A DNA stretch of 61,664 nt, the filler included. It is 9 parts of 9 records of this genome, joined end to end, with 100 filler letters (N's around TTAATTAATTAA, not from the genome) between each part and the next. Parts side by side here need not be neighbours in the genome. Positions count along the whole stretch, not along the records: positions 1 to 7,382 come from SRR31147125_275880; positions 7,483 to 13,901 come from SRR31147125_276852; 7 more parts are not named here. One strand, given 5' to 3'. The position numbers and the translations under genes are program-made. Of the stretch, positions 1 through 10,822 are shown piece by piece. The stretch's first letter is position 1; every line of letters starts with the position of its first letter. The notes beneath the pieces were generated by a model. It had not been told where the DNA came from. It saw only the letters and a list, made by a program, of their open reading frames with translations, and did not search any database.

Positions 1-13
1 TAAATCCATATCA

Positions 14-85
14 TCCTGGTCCAAAGCAAATAGACGGCAAAAAGATACCGATGCACGCTGGACAAAGAAGAACGGTAAATTCCAT
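14..85 (+). pseudogene. Short relic of an IS5-family transposase
   Basis: Translates as SWSKANRRQKDTDARWTKKNGKFH, matching the IS5 'W..K.RQKD.DARWTKK.G' motif. Similarity stops after it and the contig edge is just upstream. Confidence 0.6.
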
Positions 86-532
86 ACCTGCTCATCAGGG
101 GTCAGCTCTGACGAATACGGCTGAAGGTAGAAAAATCTCAAGTTACCTTCTGTGCTCTGAACAAACTCCTTCACTGCTTTAGATCTGTTTTCCTTCCGTC
201 ACATTCATTTATGGACAGAGTACAACATATATTCGCTAAATTTTTAGCTTATTTATAATTTTCTTGATTTGGCTATACTAGCTTCTGTGGGAACACTAGA
301 GGTCACCCTATACTGTCAGTATTGTGTCATTCCTGAGATAAGGTGAACCGCTAACAGTGCTTAGTTGACTCTTCCGTCCGCTAAAAGCGTCAGATACGTT
401 TTGTGTTCGTGCGACTTTTCTCCAGCCGCAAAACTGTAAAGCCAAGGTGTCTATCGTGAGGGAACACCTAAGTGACTGAATGGGGGGCTTGTCAATGTGC
501 ACTTCCTCTCGATTGGCTGTATTCTTGTAGCG

Positions 533-2137
533 CTACTGCCCGCTGGTTTCCCTCTCAAGCCGCTCCATTTTTTCGGCAAGCAACCGTCTCGCGGTAGGAG
601 TAACGCCCAACCCTCCGCGGGAAGAAGCCCGAAGCTCGACTGGCATGAGTTTTTGGACGTTGCAAAGGGCCATGATTACTTCATCAGCCGGGATTGCGCT
701 CTCTATTCCCGCGCGAGCCATATCCGCCGCCACAAATGCGTTCGCAATGCCCATTGCATTGCGCTTGATGCAGGGGACTTCGACAGCTCCGGCGACCGGA
801 TCGCAAACAAGACCCAGTACATTCTTGAGAGCAATTGCCATTGCATGTGCCACCTGGGAAGGAGTCCCTCCGTCAAGCTGGACCAATGCTGCGGCAGTCA
901 TTGCTGAGGCCACGCCAACCTCTGATTGACAGCCGCCCATCGTTCCCGACACCGGGGCAGCAAGAGCAACCACTGAGCCAACCACAGCAGCGACGAGGAG
1001 GGCGTCTACGACTTGGGATTCGCTTGCCTCCAGAGCCTCTGCCGCAGTGATTAGCGCCCCGGGGATGACCCCAGCGGCGCCTGCGGTGGGAGCTGCTACA
1101 ACACGTCCCATACAGGCATCGCATTCCATACACGCTAAGGCGCGTGCGGCCGCCATGGATATCGTTCTGCCGCAAAGCGACTGTCCGTCCTCAGCACGCT
1201 TCGCTAGGCGGAACCCTGCATCTCCAGGAACCAGGCCGCTTAGCACTGCGTTCTTCCCTTTGACTCCGTGTCCAACCGAGGCTCCCATGACTTTCCAGAT
1301 TTCGCCGGCCATTTGCCGCACTTGGAGTTCGGACAAACCGCTCCTTTTCTCCTCGTAAGCGATAGCAGCATCAACCATCGTCATACCCTTATTCTCACAG
1401 AGAACTACGATCCCGGCTATGCTGCTAAAAAGGGGGGCGGCGTTTACCAACTTGTAACCGAGAAGGTTTTCAAATCCAGAGACACGGGTAACTTCAGGCA
1501 AACGTTTCACTTCATCGATTGAAGCCTCGTTAACAGGGTTTGCCAAGGTTCCTATATATAAATACCGGGTCTCTTTTTTAATCTTTTCTAAAGAAGAAAG
1601 GTTTTTACCGAAAACCTCGCGCAACGAAGTTTCAAGAGTACCCGAATCAGAAAAAACCAAAAAGCCGTCATTGTTACCCTGGATCTCAATCGGGTATCCA
1701 TCGATCTCAACCATGACGATTTCGCTGCCGCCGACGGAGAGCCCTGTGACATGAATTGAATCTGCGCCTCGCCTGAGCTTCATCTCGATTTTTATAGGCT
1801 GAGGCTCGTCATCCGGTTGCGATGTCTCTTCGGCCTTGATCTCAATGGAAACTTTAATTCCACGAGTGGCGGCTATTTCACGGGCCTCAATGATTTCCGG
1901 GGCATCCATGGCAAAGCCCATAAGCCCGGCTGTGACGGCTGCATCGGTTGAATTCCCCCGATACTTGCAACCGAATGTCTCAGAAAAATAGAGACCCACT
2001 TCTTCAGGCTCGCCCCCAAGGAACATTCTTCCCATCCGACCGATTTTTACCGCACCAGCGGTTGCGGAACTTGAAGGTCCGGTCATGATGGGACCCAAAA
2101 CATCAAACAGGCTCAGCAATCTTGCTTTTTCCGACAT
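533..2137 (-). CDS. sdaA: Fe-S L-serine dehydratase, single-chain beta + linker + alpha fusion
   Basis: N-terminal SLFDVLGPIMTGPSSS.TAGA (beta); C-terminal GRVVAAPTAGAAG, GGCQSEVG, LGLVCDPVAGAVEVPCIKRN (alpha, three Fe-S Cys). Confidence 0.9.
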   Translation of the reverse strand: MSEKARLLSLFDVLGPIMTGPSSSATAGAVKIGRMGRMFLGGEPEEVGLYFSETFGCKYRGNSTDAAVTAGLMGFAMDAPEIIEAREIAATRGIKVSIEIKAEETSQPDDEPQPIKIEMKLRRGADSIHVTGLSVGGSEIVMVEIDGYPIEIQGNNDGFLVFSDSGTLETSLREVFGKNLSSLEKIKKETRYLYIGTLANPVNEASIDEVKRLPEVTRVSGFENLLGYKLVNAAPLFSSIAGIVVLCENKGMTMVDAAIAYEEKRSGLSELQVRQMAGEIWKVMGASVGHGVKGKNAVLSGLVPGDAGFRLAKRAEDGQSLCGRTISMAAARALACMECDACMGRVVAAPTAGAAGVIPGALITAAEALEASESQVVDALLVAAVVGSVVALAAPVSGTMGGCQSEVGVASAMTAAALVQLDGGTPSQVAHAMAIALKNVLGLVCDPVAGAVEVPCIKRNAMGIANAFVAADMARAGIESAIPADEVIMALCNVQKLMPVELRASSRGGLGVTPTARRLLAEKMERLERETSGQ

Positions 2138-2456
2138 ATCTTAAACTCTAAAAGTATAACAATCGTAATAATTTTTTCTGACAGATTCGCAGGAGATCTC
2201 GAACTTGATTACAATCCAACGAGAACATAGTAGTTTCTCTCTAGGGCACCTGGGACAGTGCATGAAGGCATCGTCAATTTCTGGAATGGTTTCCCGGCGA
2301 ACACGGTACTGACATATGAGTTGGTATCGATTTATACGTCAGTGATGGCCTTGGACTTTCTGAAAGTAACCACGTTCTCTAAGCCCTTACTCAGGGACAT
2401 GACCATATAGTGGTTCATGTCCCTGAGCACTGTTTGTTTCAGTTTGACGTCTTTCG

Positions 2457-3466
2457 TTATTCCAGGACAAATGTCGAGGTTAATTCCTCAAACACCTTGT
2501 CTCCAATTATCTTTTTCATTTCCGGCCAAGCAACTTCGCGTCCGCGTTCTGCGAAAGCCTGTTGCTGTTCCGGCGTCAAGGTGAAGGTTTTCACCCCGGC
2601 ATCACTCAATAGATTCTCGTAACGAGTTTGATCCTTCTCGGCCTTCACCCAACGATTAGCCTCCATTTCACTAGCTTTTAGGACCAGAATTTTACGATCT
2701 TCAGGAGAGAGAGAATTGTAGACGTCCAAGTTAATCGTAATCGGCCAACATTCGAAGTGTGTGTTTGCCGCAACAAAAACTTTATAAGATCCCTGAAGGT
2801 AACATAGTAGTTCTCAGCACCCCCTCCCATGATACCGTCAACCATTCCTGTTTGCGCAGCCGTGAAGAACTCAGAGAAGGGCAGCGGCGTAGCCTGATAG
2901 CCCAAAGCGTTACCGAGAGCCTCCCAGCTCTTCATGGTAGGAACCCTGACTTTGAGATTTTGCTTTCCTTCTGGGTTGGTCGGGTCGGCAGGTTTCTTCA
3001 ATAGGCCGATGCCACCGAAATAGACTGGCCAATAGCCAAGGACCTTGATATTCTGTTTCTCATAAACTTTATCTATATAGTTTGCAAAAGGAGTTCCAAA
3101 GGCATAGTTTTTCTTGGCCATCTTGTAATTGCTGACCAGATACGGCAAGGTCAAGGCCATTCCTCGCTTGTCGATACTGGAGGACATCGGCATACACGCC
3201 ATCTCCACTGCACCAAGCCCGATCCTTTCCTGCACAACAGTATAGTCGCCAAGTTGGTTAGACCCGTAGATGTTAATTGTGATCCGGCCATCGGTTGCGG
3301 CTTTCATGTCCTCGGCGAATTTCTTGAGATCCTTATCTATCTCCGCTCCCGCAGGACGAATGTGGGCAATCTTCCATGTGTAGTTTTTCTCGGCCGCAAA
3401 GGTAGACCCACTAGCCAGGACTGTGAAACCCATAACAACAGCAAGAAAAATTGATAATTTTTTCAT
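2457..3466 (-). CDS. dctP: TRAP transporter substrate-binding protein DctP (apparent frameshift near 2775)
   Basis: Signal peptide MKKLSIFLAVV with GGAG RBS; ATDGRITINIY, NLKVRVP, PLPFSEFFTAAQTGMVDG. The C-terminus continues in ORF 2457..2729. Confidence 0.88.
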
Positions 3467-3584
3467 AATCTTCTCCATTACTTGTTTGATTTTACTTGTT
3501 TCAATTCGGCAACAGTTACGTCCGGATTCATCCTCTGTCTGTATCGGACCTTATGAAATAACTTCTCTTTCTATGAAATACGGT

Positions 3585-4883
3585 TCAACGCAGTATTTTC
3601 TCGCTTTCCCTTTCCCGTTCAAAGATCAAGCGACACATCTTTTCATCAGCCTTCGCTAAACCTTCCCTGGCCATGCGCCCCATCAGGCGGATTGTGTCAT
3701 CGGCAGTATTGCAAACAAACCCCTCACCTCCTTGGATTGACGAGTCCTGCATGGCTAGGTAGGCAGACTCTATCGCTGCTCCAGTGGCTGCAGCCAGTTT
3801 TAAGGCACAACCGTGTTTGGCCCCATCACAGAGCACCCCGAGGGTACTCCCAACAACGCTCCGTATGGCCCCGTCTACATGCTTATTGTTCCCTCCCAAA
3901 AGCAGAATCATTCCCGCCGTGATGCCAATACTCGAAGCAATGGCACAGGCACAGAAAGCGGAATAGCGGCCGATATAGCTTTTGATTTGGATAGTCAGGA
4001 GGAAACTGAGGGCAATCGCCCGCAGCAGCTTCTCTTCGCTGAGCTTCAACTCCTCTGCCATGACTACCAGAGGAACCGAAGCCGTGATACCCACGTTTCC
4101 GCTCGTGGCACAACTCATCGCCGGCAAACTTTCTCCTGACATGCGGGCGTCGGCCGCTGAAGCGGCCATGCTCTTAGCCTTCAGGATTGCGTTCGTGGAC
4201 GGGATGGTCAAAAAAGCGGTGCCAAAGTTCTCCCCGATTCCTTCCTGAAGACCCTGCTTGGCCAGAGCCATGTTCATGGTCACGGTTTCTCTGAGGAACT
4301 GGAGGTTTCCCAGAGGCTCCTCTGAGGCAAAGAAGAAAAGGTCTCTAACAGAAGATGATCGGATTGGGTCGTTGGTTTCGTCGGTGACCTCCTTGAACCC
4401 GGCTGGATAGCCTCCCTGGACCAGTTCTCCGTTCACCTCAACAAAGATAATCTGGTCGTGTTTCTTGGCTACGAGTGCGTGTCCTGTGCCACGATCAGTC
4501 TCCACCCAGGTTTCGATGTAGAGACCTACACCATTAAAATCCCATTTGATGTCGACGCATACAGACGGGAGCAAAGCTTTAGCTTTTTCAGTGTCGGCGG
4601 CAGTTACCTTTTCCAGGACTTCTAATCCAGCTTCCGAGACCCCTGCAACAGCACCGAGGGAGGAGGCGATCGGTATGCCCCTTGCCTCGATCCCGGGAAT
4701 CCCGACGGCACTGTTTTTAACGTACGTATCTTTATCCATCAGGACCCTGACGCTGCTAGGGGTTCCACCGACCGCGTCCTTTGATACGGCAACCGCGAAA
4801 GCAACGGCTACCGGCCCCGTGCAACCTAGAGCAGGTTTCACTTCTGATCGTAAAATTTCAATTAATCTGGTTTCTTTACACAT
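3585..4883 (-). CDS. L-cysteine desulfidase / YhaM (serine dehydratase alpha-like) family protein
   Basis: EVKPALGCTGP, ADARMSG, SGNVGIT, GRYSAFC, GVLCDGAKHGCALK motifs. Confidence 0.85.
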   Translation of the reverse strand: MCKETRLIEILRSEVKPALGCTGPVAVAFAVAVSKDAVGGTPSSVRVLMDKDTYVKNSAVGIPGIEARGIPIASSLGAVAGVSEAGLEVLEKVTAADTEKAKALLPSVCVDIKWDFNGVGLYIETWVETDRGTGHALVAKKHDQIIFVEVNGELVQGGYPAGFKEVTDETNDPIRSSSVRDLFFFASEEPLGNLQFLRETVTMNMALAKQGLQEGIGENFGTAFLTIPSTNAILKAKSMAASAADARMSGESLPAMSCATSGNVGITASVPLVVMAEELKLSEEKLLRAIALSFLLTIQIKSYIGRYSAFCACAIASSIGITAGMILLLGGNNKHVDGAIRSVVGSTLGVLCDGAKHGCALKLAAATGAAIESAYLAMQDSSIQGGEGFVCNTADDTIRLMGRMAREGLAKADEKMCRLIFERERESEKILR

Positions 4884-4936
4884 TTTCTTTTTCTATGTCT
4901 CCGGTTTGGTTAAAGGGAAATGGCTGATATTTCGCC

Positions 4937-6240
4937 CTAGACGTATCCTAGGAGCCCTGGAAGCCAGAGGGAAAGCGGTGGCCAATACGTGGTTATTAGC
5001 ATGACCGGGATGTAGCCCAAGATAAAGATCCCAACCGGTGGGAGGATATCTGCGAAATCGACTTTGCCGACCCGTATTCCAAGATAAAGAAGACTTGCAT
5101 AAGGGGGGTAACGGCACCGATAGCCATGTTCGTGACGAACATGGCCGCGTACTGAATGGGATTAATTCCGATCGCCTGAGTTAGCGGTAGGAGAAGTGGG
5201 GCAACCAGGATAATACCAGTCGTATCGTTCACTATCATTCCGACGAAAAGTAAGGCAAGATTGATAATGAGCAGAATAACGAACTTGTTATCTGTCAGGC
5301 CGAACACTACGTCTACGATATGCTGGGGGACTTGGAGCAGGACGTAGGTCTGGCTGAGCATCATGCTGCACATTATCATCACCATGATGGTGCCGGTAGA
5401 ACCGGCAGCACTTTTGGAAACATTATAGAAACTTTTTATGGATAAGCCTCTGTAGACCCAAAAACCTACCGGGATGCTGTAAATGACTGCCGCAGCTGCA
5501 GCTTCGTTCGGGGTCATCATTCCGCCATAGATCCCGCCCAGGATGATGATCGGCATCATGAGGGCAGGCAGGGCACCCCAACTCTTGGTGAGGATTTCCC
5601 GTTTCTTTTCTTTAGATGAGATAGGGGGAGGTATTACCAGGTTAATCTTCCGTACCATAAAACGGTTGATTGCACAGTAAATCAAGACGACCAGGACACC
5701 AGGAATCACTGTTGACAAGAAGCAGGCAAGCACACTCGTCCCGGTGACCCACCCGAAGATAATCATCGGGGTGCTCGGAGGAATAAGAACCCCGAGAATC
5801 GAGGAAACCGTCACGAGGGCTGTGGCAAATGGACGCGGATATCCCCGCTTTTCCATTTCCGGGATGAGGATGGCTCCTGTCGCGGCAACTCCAGTGAACG
5901 TGCTTCCCGAGATGGCTCCGATAATTGCGGAGGAGACTGTTGCAACATAACCAATTCCTCCTTTGACTCTGCCAACAAAGATGTCGACAAAGTCGAGAAG
6001 GTACTTTGCGATCCCGCTATTACTCATAAGCGCTCCAGCAAATATAAAAAGCGGGATACATAGGAGTGCGGGACTTAGGATTTGTTGGAGCCCCCACATC
6101 ATCATGCCCTTCATGGAGATGTCACCGACAATACTCATGAACAAGAGGGACCCGCTGAAGCAGAAAGCGACAGGAACTCCCACAGAAAGAAGGCCCATGA
6201 GGATTAAGAGAGAAATGATTGAAAGAGTTACTCCGTCCAT
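4937..6240 (-). CDS. dctM: TRAP transporter large permease DctM (frameshift near 5100)
   Basis: Highly hydrophobic; IPLFIFAG, GAISGS, LIPPS, GGIYGG.MTPNEAA. A shifted frame gives the end ..TPPYASLLY..WPPLSLWLPGLLGYV* with the stop at 4937. Confidence 0.88.
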
Positions 6241-6242
6241 AC

Positions 6243-6778
6243 CTATAACCTCTCCTCGAGTGCCTTTGCCTGCGACAGGTCTTTAATCTTGTATAATTGG
6301 AAATAATCGAAGATTTCGACAACGGTGTAAAAAAGCATCAAAGCAAAAGAAATAAACACGGCGCCTTCAGCCAAAGTCCAACGGATAAAAAGAGTGTCGG
6401 TCAATTTTTCAACCCGTAACGAATACCTGAGCAAGTCGTAGCCCCAATAGGTCAGCCACATCAGGATGCCCGTACTGACAATTGCCGCAAAGCAGCGAAG
6501 GAGATAGATCTTCCGTCTGTCCTTTATGAAAATCTCAAAACTCTCGCGTATAGCTGACTCTTTTCAGACGATGCATAGGCGGAAGCGAAAAGGTAGAGCC
6601 AGGTTGCAGGGAAATAACATAGTTCTTCGATTCCCAAGAGGGGTGACCTAAATACGTAGCGCATAAGGACTTGCGTAAAAACGAGCAAAGCAAGCGCCAA
6701 GATGTTCAATGCGATAAAGAAACCCACTACTTCGTTAAAATAGGAGATCAAAGTGCGTGGTAGGTTTTTCTGCATCAA
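6243..6778 (-). CDS. dctQ: TRAP transporter small permease DctQ (frameshift near 6550)
   Basis: QVLMRYVFRSPLLGIEEL motif; four TM helices split over ORFs 6524..6778 and 6243..6461; directly upstream of dctM. Confidence 0.8.
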
Positions 6779-7382
6779 CGCTGTCCTCCACTATTTAAAG
6801 GATGTATTCTGACGCCCTCGTTGTCCCAATCTACTACCCACAACGCTTTAACGTAGGCCCCAAAGAGACGATAGAGAAAAAACAAAAGCCTTTTCACCAT
6901 TTTCCAGAATAGCTTTATATATCATCAAAAATACAACTATATAAGACCTTGCCGAACCTTGAGCCAACTCGGTTAATTGTCGAATTGCCTTAAGGCTATT
7001 GTCTTATTGCCTACAATTAATAGAATTGAAAAAGTTTGTCAAGGACATTCTGTTGTCTTTCGCAAAGACGAGTTAAGCTAAAAAAAACTGACACAAATTT
7101 GTCACATAGGCACTCGATGCAGAGTTTGTTTCCTTCGAAATGTCTAACCTGTAAAGAAACGACTCCGAAAATAACAAAGGACAAATTGGTGAAAATCTTA
7201 ACCATCCTCCGTTACGCGGCAATTAAGGGGTGTCATGATCAAATATTTGTTTTCAGGCGGAATTTACATCGGAGAATCAAACGGTTACAAACCATAGGCT
7301 GTAAATTGTATTGTTCACATCATCTTAGGAATATTGAGAAGACAACAGAAGGTGAGCAGCCCATAGTTTCTATACCAGTCTG

Positions 7383-7482
7383 NNNNNNNNNNNNNNNNNN
7401 NNNNNNNNNNNNNNNNNNNNNNNNNNTTAATTAATTAANNNNNNNNNNNNNNNNNNNNNNNNNNNNNNNNNNNNNNNNNNNN
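7383..7482. other. Artificial contig linker
   Basis: N44-TTAATTAATTAA-N44, with stop codons in all six frames. Confidence 0.99.
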
Positions 7483-7636
7483 TTTTTGTGCCGATTCCAC
7501 GCTTGAGGGCACCCAACGCGGCGAAACTGGAGATGCCCGCCGGTTTGTCCAGCAGGAACACTCTGGAAACGGGAACAGCGATAGTTCCGTTACCCGTCGG
7601 CACCTGAGTCGGTGCCGGCATCGTCGGGATCCGCAT
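7483..7636 (-). CDS. truB: tRNA pseudouridine(55) synthase TruB, N-terminal fragment
   Basis: VFLLDKPAGISSF motif; follows rbfA; cut off by the contig end. Confidence 0.8.
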
Positions 7637-7992
7637 TGGGCCTGTCCGCTCCCAGGGCCTTGTCGATCAACTGATTCACTTCAAGCCCTTCCCGGATGGA
7701 ATCATCGGCATTGAAATAAAGTTTCGGCGTATTCCGCATCCGGAGTTCCCGGCCGATCATCGACTGGATGAAGCCTGCAGCGTTGTTCAGGCCTTTCACC
7801 GCCCGGCGGGTGGCGTCCTCTCCTCGAAGAACTCACCCATATCCGGGCGGAGGCCAGGTCTCTGGCGGCCTTCACCCTTGTTAATGTCACCGAAGCGTCA
7901 ACCCTGGGGTCCTTCACTTCGCCACGCATAATAAGGGTGCTGACTTTCTCGCGCAGGAGACTTTCCACCCTTTTGAGGCGGATCTCATTCAT
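7590..7992 (-). CDS. rbfA: Ribosome-binding factor A (frameshift near 7820)
   Basis: MNEIRLKRVESLLRE..VKDPRV..ARDLASARIWVS, then GLNNAAGFIQ..LRMRNTPKLYF.D in a second frame. Confidence 0.9.
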
Positions 7993-10813
7993 TGTTCTTG
8001 GGCTCTCCGAGTTTCTTGGCGATTTCCTTCATCTCGAAGACCTCGAAGACGTCGCCGACCTGAACGTCGGTGTAGTTCTCCAGACCCACACCGCATTCGA
8101 AACCTTCCCGGACTTCTTTCGCGTCGTCCTTGAAACGCCTGAGCGATGCCAGGCCGCCGGTGTGGATAATCACATCGTCGCGCACCAGATGGACCTGGCT
8201 CTTGCGGGTGATGTATCCGGAGGTGACCATACAACCGGCGATTGTGCCGATTTTAGGAACCTTGAAGGTTTCGCGTACTTCCACCTGCCCCACGGCGACT
8301 TCCTCGAAGTCGGGTGCAAGCATGCCTTCCATAGCGTCTCTGATTTCCTCGACGGCGTCGTAGATGACATTGTATTTGCGGATCTCGACCTTCTCCCGGT
8401 CGGCGACCAACTGTGCTTTCGCCGTCGGCCGGACATGGAATCCGATGATGATGGCTTCGGAAGCGGCGGCCAGAATCACATCGTCCTCGATGATGGCACC
8501 GGCGGCGCTACGGAGACAGGTCAGTCGTATTTCATTGGTGCTCAGCTTCTCGAGTGCCGCCTGCAGGGCCTCGACCGACCCATGGACGTCACCCTTGATG
8601 ATGACTTTCAGTTCCTGGACTTCTCCGTCCTGAATGGAATCATAGAGGTTGTCCAGGGTTACTTTCTTGACGTTCCTGGCAGTCTCCATTTTCTTGAGTT
8701 CCTGCCGTTTTTCGCCGTACTGCCTGGCTTCACGCTCGTTTTTGGTCACCTGGAACGGATCACCGGCGTCCGGGACTCCGGAGAATCCGAGAATCTCAAC
8801 CGGCATGGAGGGGCCGGCGACCTTGACGGAGGTTCCCATGTCATCGAACATCGCCCGAACCTTTCCATGGAAAATACCGGCCACGAAGGCGTCTCCTACT
8901 TTCAGGGTACCTTTCTCCACCAGGACGGTCGACACGATACCTCGCCCCTGGTCCACTTTTGACTCAATCACTTTGCCCTCGGCCTTGCGGTCGGGATTAG
9001 CTTTGAGCTCAAGCATCTCGGATTCGAGGATAAGGATGTCCAGCAGGCCGTCGATGCCTTCGCCCTTGAGGGCCGAAAGCTCCACAAACTGCGTGGATCC
9101 GCCCCAGTCCTCCGGCATCAGCTCATATTCCGAGAGCTGCTGCTTCACCCTATCAGGGTTGGCTTCCGGCAGATCCATCTTGTTCACCGCGACAATGATG
9201 GGAGATCCGGCCGCCTTGGCGTGCTGGATGGCTTCCACCGTCTGGGGCATCACGCCGTCGTTGGCGGCAACCACCAGCACAACGAGGTCGGTTATCTGGG
9301 CGCCCCTGGCGCGCATCAGGGTGAACGCCGAGTGTCCCGGTGTATCCAGGAAAGTGATGTTTCCCTTGGCAGTGTGAACCATGTAGGCACCGATGTGCTG
9401 GGTGATTCCTCCGTGTTCGCCGGCGACAACGTCGGCGTTCCGGATGGCATCCAGCAGTTTGGTTTTACCATGGTCGACATGACCCATGACGGTTACGATC
9501 GGCGGTCTGTGGGACAGGTCCGCGTCTTCGTCCGCGTCGGACTCAATGATAGTTTCGTCATACAGGCTGACGATTTTCACCTTGCAGTCGAAATCATCCG
9601 CAAGGATTGTGGCGGTTTCCGCATCAATCTGCTGGTTGATGGTCACCATCATGCCCATGCCCATCAGTTTGGAAATGAGGTCCGACGCCTTGAGGTTCAT
9701 CTTCCGTGCCAGTTCGGACACGGTGATGTTCTCCATGATGTCAATTTCCTTAGGCACCGGATTGGCGGGAGCCACCTGCTTCTTCTTGGCGTACTGGTAG
9801 AGCTTCTCCTGCTCTTCCTTGTGCTTCTCGTAGGTCTTCTTGGCCTTGTAGAACTTCTTGCTGCGGTTTGCCGGGGGAGGCCCTGCCGGGGATCCTCCGC
9901 CGAAGCCTCCCGGCCGTCCTCCGGAGCGTCCACCGGGTCGTCCTCCTGAACGCCCGCCGGGCCTGCCGCCTCCGGGCCGGTTGTAGGGCCCGCCGCTTCG
10001 GCCGCCGGAGCGTCCACCGTAGCCGCCGGTTCTGCCGCCGGGTCTGCCACCGGGTCTGCCACCGGACCTGCCGGAGCGTCCGCCGTAGCCGCCGGAGCGG
10101 CCGTCGCGGTCGTATCCGCCGGCACGGCTGCCATCAGCGTTCCGGCCGCCCACAACACCGGCCCTTCCGCCGTTGGCCCTGTTGAAGCCACCGTCAACAC
10201 GCCGGCCTGCGACAACGCCGGCCCGTCCACCGGTCCGTTTGGTTTCCAGTACCTGAACGCCGGGTCCCCTCCGCGGAGGAGACGCGACTGTGTCTTTGCC
10301 GGAACTGATTTTCTCAGAGGAAGTGCTTTCCTCCGCTTTCGGCGTGTCTTCTTTTTTCTCAACTTCCGCCGCGGGCTTTTTCTCCGCCGCAGGTTTAGCC
10401 GCTTTGGGTTCGTTCACGGCGGTTTCGGCACCACCGTCGCCAGCGGTTGCTTCAGCAGTTTTTTTGACCGCTGTTTCAGCTGATTCGGTTTTTTTCGGCG
10501 CAGCGGGTTTCTTGTCCGCAGCCGCTGGTTTGTCCTCCGCCGGCTTCTTCGCGGGAGCGGCTTTCTTGCCATCGACACCGGATTCGGCTTTCACGGTATC
10601 TCTCTTTGCCTCGGCCGCCGGTTCCGCTGCTTTGTCATCCACTACAGGGACGGCTTTGGGCGTCTTCTTGACGACAACCTTCTTCTTGACTACGACAACT
10701 TTCTTCTTCTCAGTTGCCGGTGCCGCATCGGGAGCTGTGGGTTTGGGAGCTTCCTTGCGATGCTTTATCAGTGTCGCCTTGGGTTTTTTCTTATCTTCTG
10801 TTTCTTCTGACAT
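7985..10813 (-). CDS. infB: Translation initiation factor IF-2
   Basis: RPPIVTVMGHVDHGKTKLLD, FLDTPGH, NKMD, KGDVHGSVEA, EGFECG; long low-complexity N-terminus. Confidence 0.98.
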   Translation of the reverse strand: MSEETEDKKKPKATLIKHRKEAPKPTAPDAAPATEKKKVVVVKKKVVVKKTPKAVPVVDDKAAEPAAEAKRDTVKAESGVDGKKAAPAKKPAEDKPAAADKKPAAPKKTESAETAVKKTAEATAGDGGAETAVNEPKAAKPAAEKKPAAEVEKKEDTPKAEESTSSEKISSGKDTVASPPRRGPGVQVLETKRTGGRAGVVAGRRVDGGFNRANGGRAGVVGGRNADGSRAGGYDRDGRSGGYGGRSGRSGGRPGGRPGGRTGGYGGRSGGRSGGPYNRPGGGRPGGRSGGRPGGRSGGRPGGFGGGSPAGPPPANRSKKFYKAKKTYEKHKEEQEKLYQYAKKKQVAPANPVPKEIDIMENITVSELARKMNLKASDLISKLMGMGMMVTINQQIDAETATILADDFDCKVKIVSLYDETIIESDADEDADLSHRPPIVTVMGHVDHGKTKLLDAIRNADVVAGEHGGITQHIGAYMVHTAKGNITFLDTPGHSAFTLMRARGAQITDLVVLVVAANDGVMPQTVEAIQHAKAAGSPIIVAVNKMDLPEANPDRVKQQLSEYELMPEDWGGSTQFVELSALKGEGIDGLLDILILESEMLELKANPDRKAEGKVIESKVDQGRGIVSTVLVEKGTLKVGDAFVAGIFHGKVRAMFDDMGTSVKVAGPSMPVEILGFSGVPDAGDPFQVTKNEREARQYGEKRQELKKMETARNVKKVTLDNLYDSIQDGEVQELKVIIKGDVHGSVEALQAALEKLSTNEIRLTCLRSAAGAIIEDDVILAAASEAIIIGFHVRPTAKAQLVADREKVEIRKYNVIYDAVEEIRDAMEGMLAPDFEEVAVGQVEVRETFKVPKIGTIAGCMVTSGYITRKSQVHLVRDDVIIHTGGLASLRRFKDDAKEVREGFECGVGLENYTDVQVGDVFEVFEMKEIAKKLGEPKNNE

Positions 10814-10822
10814 AGGCGCTTT

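Noticed and set aside
9880-10140. GC-rich tandem repeats
   Set aside because: They encode the usual GGRPGG low-complexity IF-2 N-terminus.
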